Both the position numbers and the translations under genes were made by a program. The notes under the pieces were generated by a model, which was given only the letters and a program-made list of their open reading frames with translations, had not been told where the DNA came from and ran no database searches. A DNA stretch of 64,000 nucleotides from Gemmatimonas sp. (GTDB lineage Bacteria; Gemmatimonadota; Gemmatimonadetes; Gemmatimonadales; Gemmatimonadaceae), in contig OZ257156.1 of the NCBI GenBank assembly GCA_965279375.1, forward strand, positions 3,552,001-3,616,000, read 5' to 3'. Positions 10,942-19,530 of the stretch are shown in pieces; the first letter of the stretch is position 1; the number at the start of each line of letters is the position of its first letter.

Positions 10942-12276
10942 TTGCCGTTGCCGGAGCCCCAGCTGCCCACGCACTCCCCTCACGCTCGACCTAACACGAA
11001 CGAGCTCGCCGACGAAACGCGTATCTACGCACGCGTGACGTGGCGTCTGATCCCGTTCCTGTTTCTCTGCTACCTCGTCGCGTACCTCGACCGGGTGAAC
11101 GTCGGATTTGCGAAGCTGCAGATGCTCGCCGATGTGAAGATGAGCGAGACGGCCTATGGCATCGGCGCCGGCATCTTCTTCATCGGCTACTTCCTGTTCG
11201 AAGTGCCCAGCAATCTGCTCCTGCATCGCGTGGGCGCGCGCCGATGGATTGCCCGCATCATGATCAGCTGGGGCGTGCTGTCATCGGCGATGATGCTGAT
11301 CACGTCGGTGAACCAGTTCTACGCGCTTCGTTTCGCACTGGGGCTGGCGGAGGCGGGGTTCTTTCCGGGAATCGTGTACTACCTGAGCCAGTGGTATCCT
11401 GCCGCGCGCCGAGCGCGCATCACGGCGCTGTTCATGACCGCGCTCGCGGCGTCCGGCGTGATTGGGGGACCGCTCTCCGGTTGGATTCTTTCGTCGATGG
11501 CCGGCGTGAACGGCTGGGCCGGATGGCAGTGGCTGTTCTTGCTCGAAGGCATTCCAAGCATCGTCGTGGGCTTCGCGGTCTATCGCTATCTCGACGATGG
11601 CATCGCCGCGGCCGCGTGGTTGACGGCGCCGGAGAAGGCGCTGTTGTTGCGCAACATGGCCGGCGACGAGACGACGGACGCGCATCGTTCCATCGCGACG
11701 ACGCTGCGCACGCCGCGCGTGCTCGTGCTGGCGCTGTTGTCCTTCTCGATCGTGATGGGCGTCTACGGCATCGGCTTCTGGTTGCCGCAGATGATCCGCA
11801 CGATGGGGGTGCAGGACCCGCTGCGCGTCGGCTTGCTCAGCGCGATTCCGTATGGCGTGGCTGCGGTGGCGATGGTGCTCGTGGGGCGCAGCTCCGATCG
11901 GCACGCCGAGCGTCGCTGGCATCTCGTTGGGTCGGCGTTGGTGGGGGCAGCAGGATTCGCGCTCGCCGCACGATTCCCCGACAACGTGGTCATCGGCATG
12001 ATCGCGCTGAGTGCGGGCACAGCAAGCGTGCTGACCACCTTACCGCTGATGTGGACGGTGCCGCCCACGTTCTTGCGTGGCGCATCGCTCGCCGCCGGCA
12101 TTGGCGCGATCAACTCCGTGGGCAACCTGGCGGGCTTTCTGAGCCCGTACATGATCGGCGCCATCACCGATGCCACCGGCAGTGGCGCCAACGGCGTGTA
12201 TGTCATCGCGGGCTTTCAGCTGCTCGCCGCACTCATCGCCACGCCGGCGACGCGCGAGACGCGTCAGCAGGCGTAG
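10942..12276 (+). CDS. MFS transporter, anion:cation symporter (ACS) type
   Basis: WRLIPFLFLCYLVAYLDRVNVGFA, FFIGYFLFEVPSN, RFALGLAEAGFFPG and GWQWLFLLEGIP motifs. Start uncertain (10837, 10942 or 10948). Confidence 0.92.
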   Translation: MPLPEPQLPTHSPHARPNTNELADETRIYARVTWRLIPFLFLCYLVAYLDRVNVGFAKLQMLADVKMSETAYGIGAGIFFIGYFLFEVPSNLLLHRVGARRWIARIMISWGVLSSAMMLITSVNQFYALRFALGLAEAGFFPGIVYYLSQWYPAARRARITALFMTALAASGVIGGPLSGWILSSMAGVNGWAGWQWLFLLEGIPSIVVGFAVYRYLDDGIAAAAWLTAPEKALLLRNMAGDETTDAHRSIATTLRTPRVLVLALLSFSIVMGVYGIGFWLPQMIRTMGVQDPLRVGLLSAIPYGVAAVAMVLVGRSSDRHAERRWHLVGSALVGAAGFALAARFPDNVVIGMIALSAGTASVLTTLPLMWTVPPTFLRGASLAAGIGAINSVGNLAGFLSPYMIGAITDATGSGANGVYVIAGFQLLAALIATPATRETRQQA

Positions 12277-12455
12277 CGACGCCACGTGCGGAGACGTTGC
12301 ATCACCACGACCGTGCGTGCCACGTGATGCTCGCAGGACCAGCGCTCTGCGAGGTAAACGCCATCGTGACGAACAGCAGGCCGAGCACTACGTTGAGGTG
12401 ATCACGGGGCTGATTTCCCGATCGCATTCTGGAAGCTGATTCGCTGAGCGACAAC

Positions 12456-13619
12456 ATGCCGACACCCAACGAGCCAGACGACGCCCACTTGACCGACGCA
12501 CGTCCGTTGCCGGTCTTGCGCGCTATGATCGACGCGCTCGATCGCGATCTCTTGCAGATCATGGCGCGACGCATGTCGCTGGTAGCGGAAGTCGCCGCGT
12601 ACAAACGCGAGCATGGGGTGCGCATTCGCGATCCCCAGCGGGAACGCGACGTGCTCTCCGATCGTCGCGCACGCGCGGAAGCGCTGGGGCTTCCTGCCGG
12701 TGAGGTCGAGTCGATTTTTCGCGTGTTGCTCCGCTCGAGCCGCGATCATCAGGCGGCGCTGCGCGCCGAAGTGCCGATGAACGATCAGCCCAAGCGCATC
12801 GCCATCATCGGAGGCGAAGGGAAGATCGGTCGGCTGGTTGGGCGAATGTTCGGCGACCTCGGCCACCACATTCTTGTCGTCGATCGCAACACCACACTGC
12901 GTGCAGCGGAAGCCGCCGCCGCCGCCGACGTCACCGTCATCAGCGTGCCCATCGATCTCACCGAGCAGGTGATCGCTGAGGTGGGGCCGCAAGTGCCCGA
13001 GCACGCACTGTTGATGGACGTCACGAGCCTCAAGGAAGCGCCGGTCGCGGCGATGCTGGCGAGCACCCGCGCCAGCGTCGTCGGCACGCACCCAATGTTC
13101 GGACCCAGCGTGCATACGCTGCAGGGACAGCGCGTGGTGCTCTGCCGCGCGCGTGGCGAGCAGTGGGCCGAATGGCTGGCTCAGGCGCTCACGGCTCGTG
13201 GGCTCGTCATCACCGACACCACACCGGCGCAGCACGACCGCGCCATGTCCGTCGTACAGGTGCTCACGCACTTTCAGACGCAGGTGTTGGGGCTCACGCT
13301 GGCTCGCCTTGGCGTGCCGCTCGCCGAAACCATGCCGTTCACGTCGCCGGCGTACCTGCTCGAGCTCTACGTTGCGGCGCGTCACTTCGCGCAGGAGCCC
13401 GGGCTGTACGGCCCGATCGAGATGCGCAATCCGCGCACGCCGCAGGTGACCGAGACGTTCGCCAGCGCGACACGCGACATCGCCGACGTCCTCGCCAACG
13501 GGGATCAGGCGACCTTCACGAAACTCTTCGAGGATGTCCGCGCGTTCTTCGGTGACTTCACTGCCGAAGCGTTGGAGCAGTCGAGCTTCCTCATCGACCG
13601 CATCGTCGAGCGAACTTGA
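12456..13619 (+). CDS. tyrA: Bifunctional chorismate mutase / prephenate dehydrogenase
   Basis: AroQ-type [17 protein letters not shown]...RDPQRE, then [23 protein letters not shown] and [14 protein letters not shown]. Confidence 0.9.
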   Translation: MPTPNEPDDAHLTDARPLPVLRAMIDALDRDLLQIMARRMSLVAEVAAYKREHGVRIRDPQRERDVLSDRRARAEALGLPAGEVESIFRVLLRSSRDHQAALRAEVPMNDQPKRIAIIGGEGKIGRLVGRMFGDLGHHILVVDRNTTLRAAEAAAAADVTVISVPIDLTEQVIAEVGPQVPEHALLMDVTSLKEAPVAAMLASTRASVVGTHPMFGPSVHTLQGQRVVLCRARGEQWAEWLAQALTARGLVITDTTPAQHDRAMSVVQVLTHFQTQVLGLTLARLGVPLAETMPFTSPAYLLELYVAARHFAQEPGLYGPIEMRNPRTPQVTETFASATRDIADVLANGDQATFTKLFEDVRAFFGDFTAEALEQSSFLIDRIVERT

Positions 13620-14152
13620 GCGCGCATTCCACCACGAATCCGAACGTGTCACAGCTCTCGCTCGGCATCGACCCCACTCACCCAGTCCATCCATCTGACA
13701 TGTCCGGCACGCTCGAACAGATCTGGATCAAGCGCGCGAAGTTGGGGCCGATGGACCCGGTTTCGCAGGCGCGTCTGCGGGAGAACCGCGGTCTGGTGGG
13801 CAACGCCAACATGGGCGGTCGTCGGCAGGTCACGATCATCGAAGCCGAGCGCTGGGCCGAACACATGACGGCGCTGGGCGCCAGCATCGATCCCTCACGC
13901 CGACGTGCCAATCTGCTGGTCCGCGGACTTCCACTGGCCGACTCGCGGGGCAAGGTGCTGCGCATCGGCGATGTGCGTCTGCAGATCGCGGGCGAAACAA
14001 AACCCTGCCATCAGATGGACGAGGTGCATCAGGGGCTGCAGGCAGTGATGCGACCGGCGTGGGGCGGGGGAGCGTTCGCGATCGTGCTCGACGACGGCGA
14101 AATCCACGTGGGCGACGCGCTATCGTGGGAACCGCCCGCGGCTGACGGATGA
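13616..14152 (+). CDS. MOSC domain-containing protein
   Basis: [34 protein letters not shown] (conserved Cys) and GEIHVGD. Start may be 13700. Confidence 0.85.
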   Translation: MSAHSTTNPNVSQLSLGIDPTHPVHPSDMSGTLEQIWIKRAKLGPMDPVSQARLRENRGLVGNANMGGRRQVTIIEAERWAEHMTALGASIDPSRRRANLLVRGLPLADSRGKVLRIGDVRLQIAGETKPCHQMDEVHQGLQAVMRPAWGGGAFAIVLDDGEIHVGDALSWEPPAADG

Positions 14153-14535
14153 TCGCCGCGCTGCGCACTCGCATCCGTCGCGGCGAAGACTTTCTCTTCG
14201 ATCTCGCCGCCAAGGCCGAGTACAGGCTCAAGATCACGCCGCGCGGGACGAGGCTGGTGCCCACGCGACTGCATCGGTGGATCCTTCGCGCGCTGCTCGG
14301 CGGGGCGTTATCGCTGGTGCTCGTCATGGCGTTCACGTCTGGTGCCACCCGCACGCGTGCGATTCTGGTCATTGCCCTCGGTGCGCTGCTGGCGGCGCTC
14401 GCGCTGCTCTGGTGGGACGCGCGCATGCCGTTGCCCAAGCCGCCCGCGCCCAGCCGCCCTGGGTCTCGGGCGACCCCGCCCGTGAGGCGCCCGACCTCGC
14501 CGGGCCCAACGGGCTCCGGGCGCACCCGGCCCTAG
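14149..14535 (+). CDS. Hypothetical small membrane protein
   Basis: Two TM helices and a Pro-rich tail; ATGA overlap with the MOSC gene. Confidence 0.6.
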   Translation: MIAALRTRIRRGEDFLFDLAAKAEYRLKITPRGTRLVPTRLHRWILRALLGGALSLVLVMAFTSGATRTRAILVIALGALLAALALLWWDARMPLPKPPAPSRPGSRATPPVRRPTSPGPTGSGRTRP

Positions 14536-14627
14536 CGACGGCGGAAGCAGTTCCTGAGATCGTCCACGCCGGTGCGGTGTACGGTCAGGCGACGTGTCTC
14601 CACCGCTCGAGTCAGGTATCTTTGATC

Positions 14628-15545
14628 ATGCGCACTTCCAGCCGTTCTTCCAACTGTTCTTCCAACCGCGTGGCCTCGGCCTCGCGCTCGCTCCTTATGC
14701 AGACAGCATCGAGTTGCTCGCTTCCGATCGCCCGTGGGTTCTCCCGAGCGCTCGCCTTCGCCGCACTCATCGTCGCCCCGACGGCCCTTTCCGCCCAGCG
14801 CACCACGGGCATCCGTGACCGCGCCGCCGCAGAGGCGGTCCGACAGCCGGCGCAGTACGGCGTGATCGATGGTGTAGTCACCGACACGCTCCTCAATCCA
14901 CTCGGCGCAGCAGACGTCTCTGTGGTCGGCATCGGCGCGCGGGTCGTGACCGGCGAAAACGGGCGTTTCCGCCTGCTCCAGGTGCCCCCGGGGCAGTACC
15001 TGCTCGTCGCGCGACGGATCGGTTACGCGCCGACGTCGGGGATCATCCAGGTGCCCGAAAGCGACACGCTGCGTTTGTCGTACACGCTGGTGCGGTCGTC
15101 CAACATGCTCGACACGGTGCGTGTGAAGGAACGTCGCGTGTCGCTGCGTATGGCCGAGTTCGAGGGGCGGCGCATGGCTGGCATTGGCCAGTTCGTGACG
15201 CAGGAAGAGATCGAGCGGCGTGCCTCGCGCGAAGTGTCCGATTTTCTCCGCAACCTGCGCGGCATCGAGGTGTCGCGCCTGACCAACAACGCGTTCGCGG
15301 GCACCGTCGCGCTCTCGCGTCGCGAAGGCGGCAGCGTGGGTGGAGACGGTACGGGTGCCTGCGCGATGCAGGTAATTCTCGACGGCATTGTCATGCCGCG
15401 CTTCTTCAACCTCGATCTCTTGCCGTCACCCAAGCTGATCGCGGGCATCGAGGTCTACTCGGGTGCTGCTACCGTGCCCGCGCAGTTCGGCGGCGCAGAC
15501 CGTCGCTGCGGTGTGCTCCTCGTCTGGACGCGCGACGGGTACTGA
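14628..15545 (+). CDS. Exported carboxypeptidase-regulatory-like plus TonB plug-like domain protein, no beta-barrel
   Basis: Signal peptide; GVVTDT...TGENGRFRL..VPPGQY...RRIGY; plug-like FVTQEEIE...C..ILDG...IAGIEVYSG...CGVLLVWTR. Confidence 0.75.
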   Translation: MRTSSRSSNCSSNRVASASRSLLMQTASSCSLPIARGFSRALAFAALIVAPTALSAQRTTGIRDRAAAEAVRQPAQYGVIDGVVTDTLLNPLGAADVSVVGIGARVVTGENGRFRLLQVPPGQYLLVARRIGYAPTSGIIQVPESDTLRLSYTLVRSSNMLDTVRVKERRVSLRMAEFEGRRMAGIGQFVTQEEIERRASREVSDFLRNLRGIEVSRLTNNAFAGTVALSRREGGSVGGDGTGACAMQVILDGIVMPRFFNLDLLPSPKLIAGIEVYSGAATVPAQFGGADRRCGVLLVWTRDGY

Positions 15546-15569
15546 GCGCACGCTGATGTGAAAACGACG

Positions 15570-15601
15570 ACGGCTCCATGCACACCTCTGCATGGAGCCG
15601 T
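15570..15601. terminator. Probable bidirectional terminator hairpin
   Basis: ACGGCTCCATGCA-cacctc-TGCATGGAGCCGT, a 13-bp stem between convergent genes. Confidence 0.6.
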
Positions 15602-15638
15602 TGACGTAGCGCCGGTCGCACACCGCGGCGGGCGACGG

Positions 15639-17906
15639 TTAGGGCACGACCTTGGTTGCCGTCGCCTGCTCGAGCAGTTGCGCCGCCTTCGCGACCAACT
15701 CGCTCTCCCGGGTGAGCGCAGCCGCAAGCTTTCCGATCTGCTCATCGGCGAGCTTCCAATCCTTTTGCTCGATCGCCTCGCGCACCCCCGGCATCGTCTT
15801 CACGCCGTAGCCCGTGTAGTAGCCCGGCGCATACAGTGCGTGCTGATACCACTCACGCCGCGGCAGCCCGCCGGGCACGAGCAGCACCTGATCCGCCTGG
15901 CGCAGCAACGCATTCACCTGTGCAAGCGCAGCCGGTGTCGCGGCGCCTGCGGCCAGGCCGCCATACGCCTTCTCGAACCGCTCGGCCATGCGTTGCAGTG
16001 AATCGGCCGCGTTCTGAATTGGCGAGAAGTTGAGATGCGGCGCGGTCCCCTCGGCTTTCGGCGGCGCCAGCGGCCGGCGCGGATCGTTCACCATCGCGAA
16101 CGCCCCCTCGGCGATCTGCCGATTCAGCTCGTCGATGTCCTTGGCCGTCTTCTCGCGCAGTGCGGTGACCTCGGTGAGATAGCCGCGCGCGGTTTCCGAC
16201 AGATTGCCAAACTCCGCGGGCAGCACGTCGGCGTTCGCCACGCGCATGATCATCATCCCGGCCACCTGCGACAGCGCTCGCCCATACACGAACGACGTGT
16301 CGCTGAAGTGCGTGTACCAGTAGAAGCTGTCGTAGATGGAGTGATAGATCCCACCGCCGTCTTCGCCGCCAAAGCCAATGTTGAGCGTCGGCACACCCGC
16401 GTGCTGCAGAAACGGTGTGAAGTCCGATCCTGAGCCGAGTGCGTCCAAGCGCATGTCACGGCGGTTGCGTGCTTCGGCGTTGCCGGCAAGGATCTTGGCC
16501 GCGCGCCACCGCTGCGCGACGCTCACGTTCGCCTCGGGATCGGTGACTTCGTTGGCCACCTCGGTCACGAAGCGTTCGAGCGTGTGCGATCCCGCCGCGT
16601 CCAGCAGCCCACGCCCGTTGCCGTCCGTGTTGAGATAGAACACGCCCTTGGCCTTCATGTCCGGCATGTGCTCTTCCACCCATTCGGTAGAGCCCAACAG
16701 CGATGGCTCTTCACCATCCCACGCCGCGTACACGATCGTGCGCTTGGGCGACCACCCCTGCTTCACCAGTTCGCCGAGCGCGCGCGCTTCTTCCAGTTCG
16801 GCGATGAGCCCCGAGATCGGATCTTCCGCGCCATTCACCCAGCCGTCGTGATGATTGCCGCGAATCACCCACTCGTTGGGGAGCGTCGAGCCCTTGAGCG
16901 TGGCGATGACGTTGTAGAGCGGCGTCTGCGCCCAGTTGAACTCGAGCTTGAGGTGCACCTTCGCACTGCCGGGCCCCATGCGATACGTAATGGGCAGGCC
17001 ACCGCGCCACGACTCCGGTACCACCGGTCCGGTGAGTGCAGCCAGCAACGGCTGTGCATCCGCATACGAAATAGGCAGCACGGGGATCTTCATGATCGTG
17101 ACGGCGTCTTTCCTGTCGAGCCGCTTGGCGCCGGGTGATGCGCCAACACCGGGCGTGAGCGGGTCGCCGGGATATGTGGGCATGTCGAGCACGCTGCCGC
17201 GCTGCACGCCATCCTTGGGCCGAAATGGTCCGTTAGGATACGCATCACCCTCGGCGAAGCCATCGTCCTTGGGATCGGAGTAGATGAGCGCGCCCACAGC
17301 GCCGTGCTCATATGCGACTTTGGGCTTGATGCCGCGCCACGAGCCGCCATACCGCGCAATCACGATCGCGCCCTTCACCGAGATGCCGCGGCGCTCCAAC
17401 TGCTCGTAGTCCGCCGGCACGCCGTAGTTCACATAGACGAGCGGTGCGGTCACATCGCCGTCGGCCGAATAGGCGTTGTACGTCGGGAGCTGCTCGCTCT
17501 TCTGGTTGGACGTGGGGTCTTCCTTGAGCGCAGGCTCTTCCAGCTTGGCCACGAATCGCGTCGGCGAGACCATCTCGAGCACGCGCACCTTCGGGGTGGG
17601 GAAGAGCACATCGAAGCGCTCGATGCGTGCATCCCACCCGTACGACTTGAACTGTGCGAGCAGCCACTCGGCGTTGTCCTTGCCATAGGGCGAGCCGAGG
17701 TGATGCGGGCGCGCAGACAAGCGCTGCATCGCGCTGCGCATACGGGCAGGGTCGGGGATCGCGCGAAACTTCGTTTCCCATTCGCGTTGCACCTTCGCCG
17801 ACGCGTTGGTGAAGCCTCGCATTGGCGGGTCTTCGCGAGGCGTGGCCGCCGGCAACAGAACGAGCAGAGCGGCCGGTACAGCGAGTGCAGAGATCGATCG
17901 GGTCAT
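15639..17906 (-). CDS. M28 family metallopeptidase (glutamate carboxypeptidase II-like; PA and TfR-dimerization domains)
   Basis: Signal peptide; YVNYG; GVQRGSV; GNHHDGW, EDPISG, WDGEE, YLNTD, GSGSDF and YHSIYD motifs. Confidence 0.92.
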   Translation of the reverse strand: MTRSISALAVPAALLVLLPAATPREDPPMRGFTNASAKVQREWETKFRAIPDPARMRSAMQRLSARPHHLGSPYGKDNAEWLLAQFKSYGWDARIERFDVLFPTPKVRVLEMVSPTRFVAKLEEPALKEDPTSNQKSEQLPTYNAYSADGDVTAPLVYVNYGVPADYEQLERRGISVKGAIVIARYGGSWRGIKPKVAYEHGAVGALIYSDPKDDGFAEGDAYPNGPFRPKDGVQRGSVLDMPTYPGDPLTPGVGASPGAKRLDRKDAVTIMKIPVLPISYADAQPLLAALTGPVVPESWRGGLPITYRMGPGSAKVHLKLEFNWAQTPLYNVIATLKGSTLPNEWVIRGNHHDGWVNGAEDPISGLIAELEEARALGELVKQGWSPKRTIVYAAWDGEEPSLLGSTEWVEEHMPDMKAKGVFYLNTDGNGRGLLDAAGSHTLERFVTEVANEVTDPEANVSVAQRWRAAKILAGNAEARNRRDMRLDALGSGSDFTPFLQHAGVPTLNIGFGGEDGGGIYHSIYDSFYWYTHFSDTSFVYGRALSQVAGMMIMRVANADVLPAEFGNLSETARGYLTEVTALREKTAKDIDELNRQIAEGAFAMVNDPRRPLAPPKAEGTAPHLNFSPIQNAADSLQRMAERFEKAYGGLAAGAATPAALAQVNALLRQADQVLLVPGGLPRREWYQHALYAPGYYTGYGVKTMPGVREAIEQKDWKLADEQIGKLAAALTRESELVAKAAQLLEQATATKVVP

Positions 17907-18016
17907 GGCAAGTCGGCTGCAGGGTGGATGTCGCCGGATTCGCTGAGCGCGGACGATTCCAGTATGAAGTCGCTCGAGAGACCGCGCTACATGAGATGCC
18001 CTACACGACTCGTACA

Positions 18017-18058
18017 AAAGACAACGCCCCCGCGAGACGAATCTCGCGGGGGCGTTGT
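18017..18058 (-). terminator. Intrinsic terminator of the susC-susD operon
   Basis: Minus strand reads ACAACGCCCCCGCGAGA-TTCG-TCTCGCGGGGGCGTTGT-CTTTT (17-bp stem). Confidence 0.85.
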
Positions 18059-18086
18059 GTCGTGCGACCATCCGGTGTCGGTCTGC

Positions 18087-19526
18087 TTAGCAGCCCGGGC
18101 CGGCAAGCGGTGCGGCCTTGCCAACGCGCACCAGGCACTCGGCCTGCGGAATCGGCATCACACGCGCGACGAAGTGATTCGGCGCGTCGAGCGGGAGCGT
18201 GTTCAGCAGGTTGTAGCGGCGCAGGTCGAACCAGCGCGTGCCTTCCAGCAACAGCGAGTAGCGCTTCTGGAGCAACAGTTCCGTGAGCACAGCCGCGTCG
18301 GTGGACGCCGTGGTGAGCGTGGACGGCGCGAGGCCGCCCGAGTTCACGCGGATCGAGTTGATGACGCCGATCGCACCAGCCTTGTCGCCCGTGGCCAGGA
18401 GGCCTTCCGCGCGGAGGAGCATGAGCTCTTCGTTGCGGATGATGGCGATGGAGTTCGTCGCCGAGCCGTCGGCGATGAAGCCGAGCGACGAGGCGATGCC
18501 GGTGACGCCCGACGGCGGGCTACGCGGCGTCTTCGTCTTCACCTTCGCGAGGTAGCGATTGTCCTTGGTGCCGTCGGCCTTGAGGGGCGCGTCGGTTTCC
18601 GTGGACGGGTGGAGATAGAGGTCAGCAGCGTTGCCGAAGAACGGGTTCGACGCGTCGCCAGTGGCACCCGAGTACGGGTGGAACGGACCTGCGTCGAGCG
18701 CCGCACGCGTCGTCGCCGCGGCGTTCAGGTACGAGCTGGACAGCGCCGTCAGCGAACGCTGCCACGCCGCCGCACCGCCGCCAGACGTGGCGTAGTAGGC
18801 GGCAACCTTGCCGGCGATGGCGCGGTTGAACTGCGCGAACGTCGCCGGCGTGCTGAAGCCGGCAAAGCCCGCGTGCAGCGTGAACGGGAACGCCGTGCCA
18901 CCGGCCGCGAGGGCCGTGTTGCCTTCGTCGAGCGTGTTCAGGATGTACTTGTACATCGAGTCACGCGAAACGAACGCGGCAACGTCGGACGCGTTTTGCT
19001 TCACTTCCGTGACACCACCCAGCGTGTCGCGCGTCGCGATGACGGCGAGCAGCTCGAGGCCTTCGATCGTCTTCGCGAAGCCCGTCACCGCGGACTTCTG
19101 CGCGGCGGAGAGCGTCGTGGAGTTTGCCGCCGAATTCTTGATGTTGAAGATGTCACGCAGGTTGCCGTACGGGCCCGCCCACTGGCCAACGGCGAAGCCG
19201 GCTGGGTCGAGCTTGTTGGCACCCGTGATGCCCTGCAGGTAGTGCGACGTGTTGCGCCCTTCCTGCGGGGAGTAGATGAACATCTCACGTCCGAAACGGC
19301 CGGCGTCGTTGATGAAGCCGCCGCGATTGCCGCGCAACTGACGCAGGATACCCGTGGCCTGCAGCTGCAGGGCCTGCGGATCCGCGCTCGCCGCGACGAC
19401 CGTCGGGGTGTTCGGGTTGGTGATTTCGAGCTGATCACTGCTGCACGCGGCCAGCGCGGCCGTAGCCAGCGAGAGGCCGATCAGGCGTGAAACGTTCAAG
19501 GCGTTCCTCATGGATGTCGTCGTCAT
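18087..19526 (-). CDS. RagB/SusD family outer-membrane lipoprotein
   Basis: Lipobox LAAC; IIRNEELMLLRAE, INSIR, RYSLLLEGTRWFDLRR and PIPQAE motifs. Confidence 0.92.
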   Translation of the reverse strand: MTTTSMRNALNVSRLIGLSLATAALAACSSDQLEITNPNTPTVVAASADPQALQLQATGILRQLRGNRGGFINDAGRFGREMFIYSPQEGRNTSHYLQGITGANKLDPAGFAVGQWAGPYGNLRDIFNIKNSAANSTTLSAAQKSAVTGFAKTIEGLELLAVIATRDTLGGVTEVKQNASDVAAFVSRDSMYKYILNTLDEGNTALAAGGTAFPFTLHAGFAGFSTPATFAQFNRAIAGKVAAYYATSGGGAAAWQRSLTALSSSYLNAAATTRAALDAGPFHPYSGATGDASNPFFGNAADLYLHPSTETDAPLKADGTKDNRYLAKVKTKTPRSPPSGVTGIASSLGFIADGSATNSIAIIRNEELMLLRAEGLLATGDKAGAIGVINSIRVNSGGLAPSTLTTASTDAAVLTELLLQKRYSLLLEGTRWFDLRRYNLLNTLPLDAPNHFVARVMPIPQAECLVRVGKAAPLAGPGC

Positions 19527-19530
19527 GGGA

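Noticed and set aside
12438..17949. Shared 13-mer GATTCGCTGAGCG at 12438 and 17937
   Set aside because: Many 13-mer matches are expected by chance in 64 kb of GC-rich DNA.
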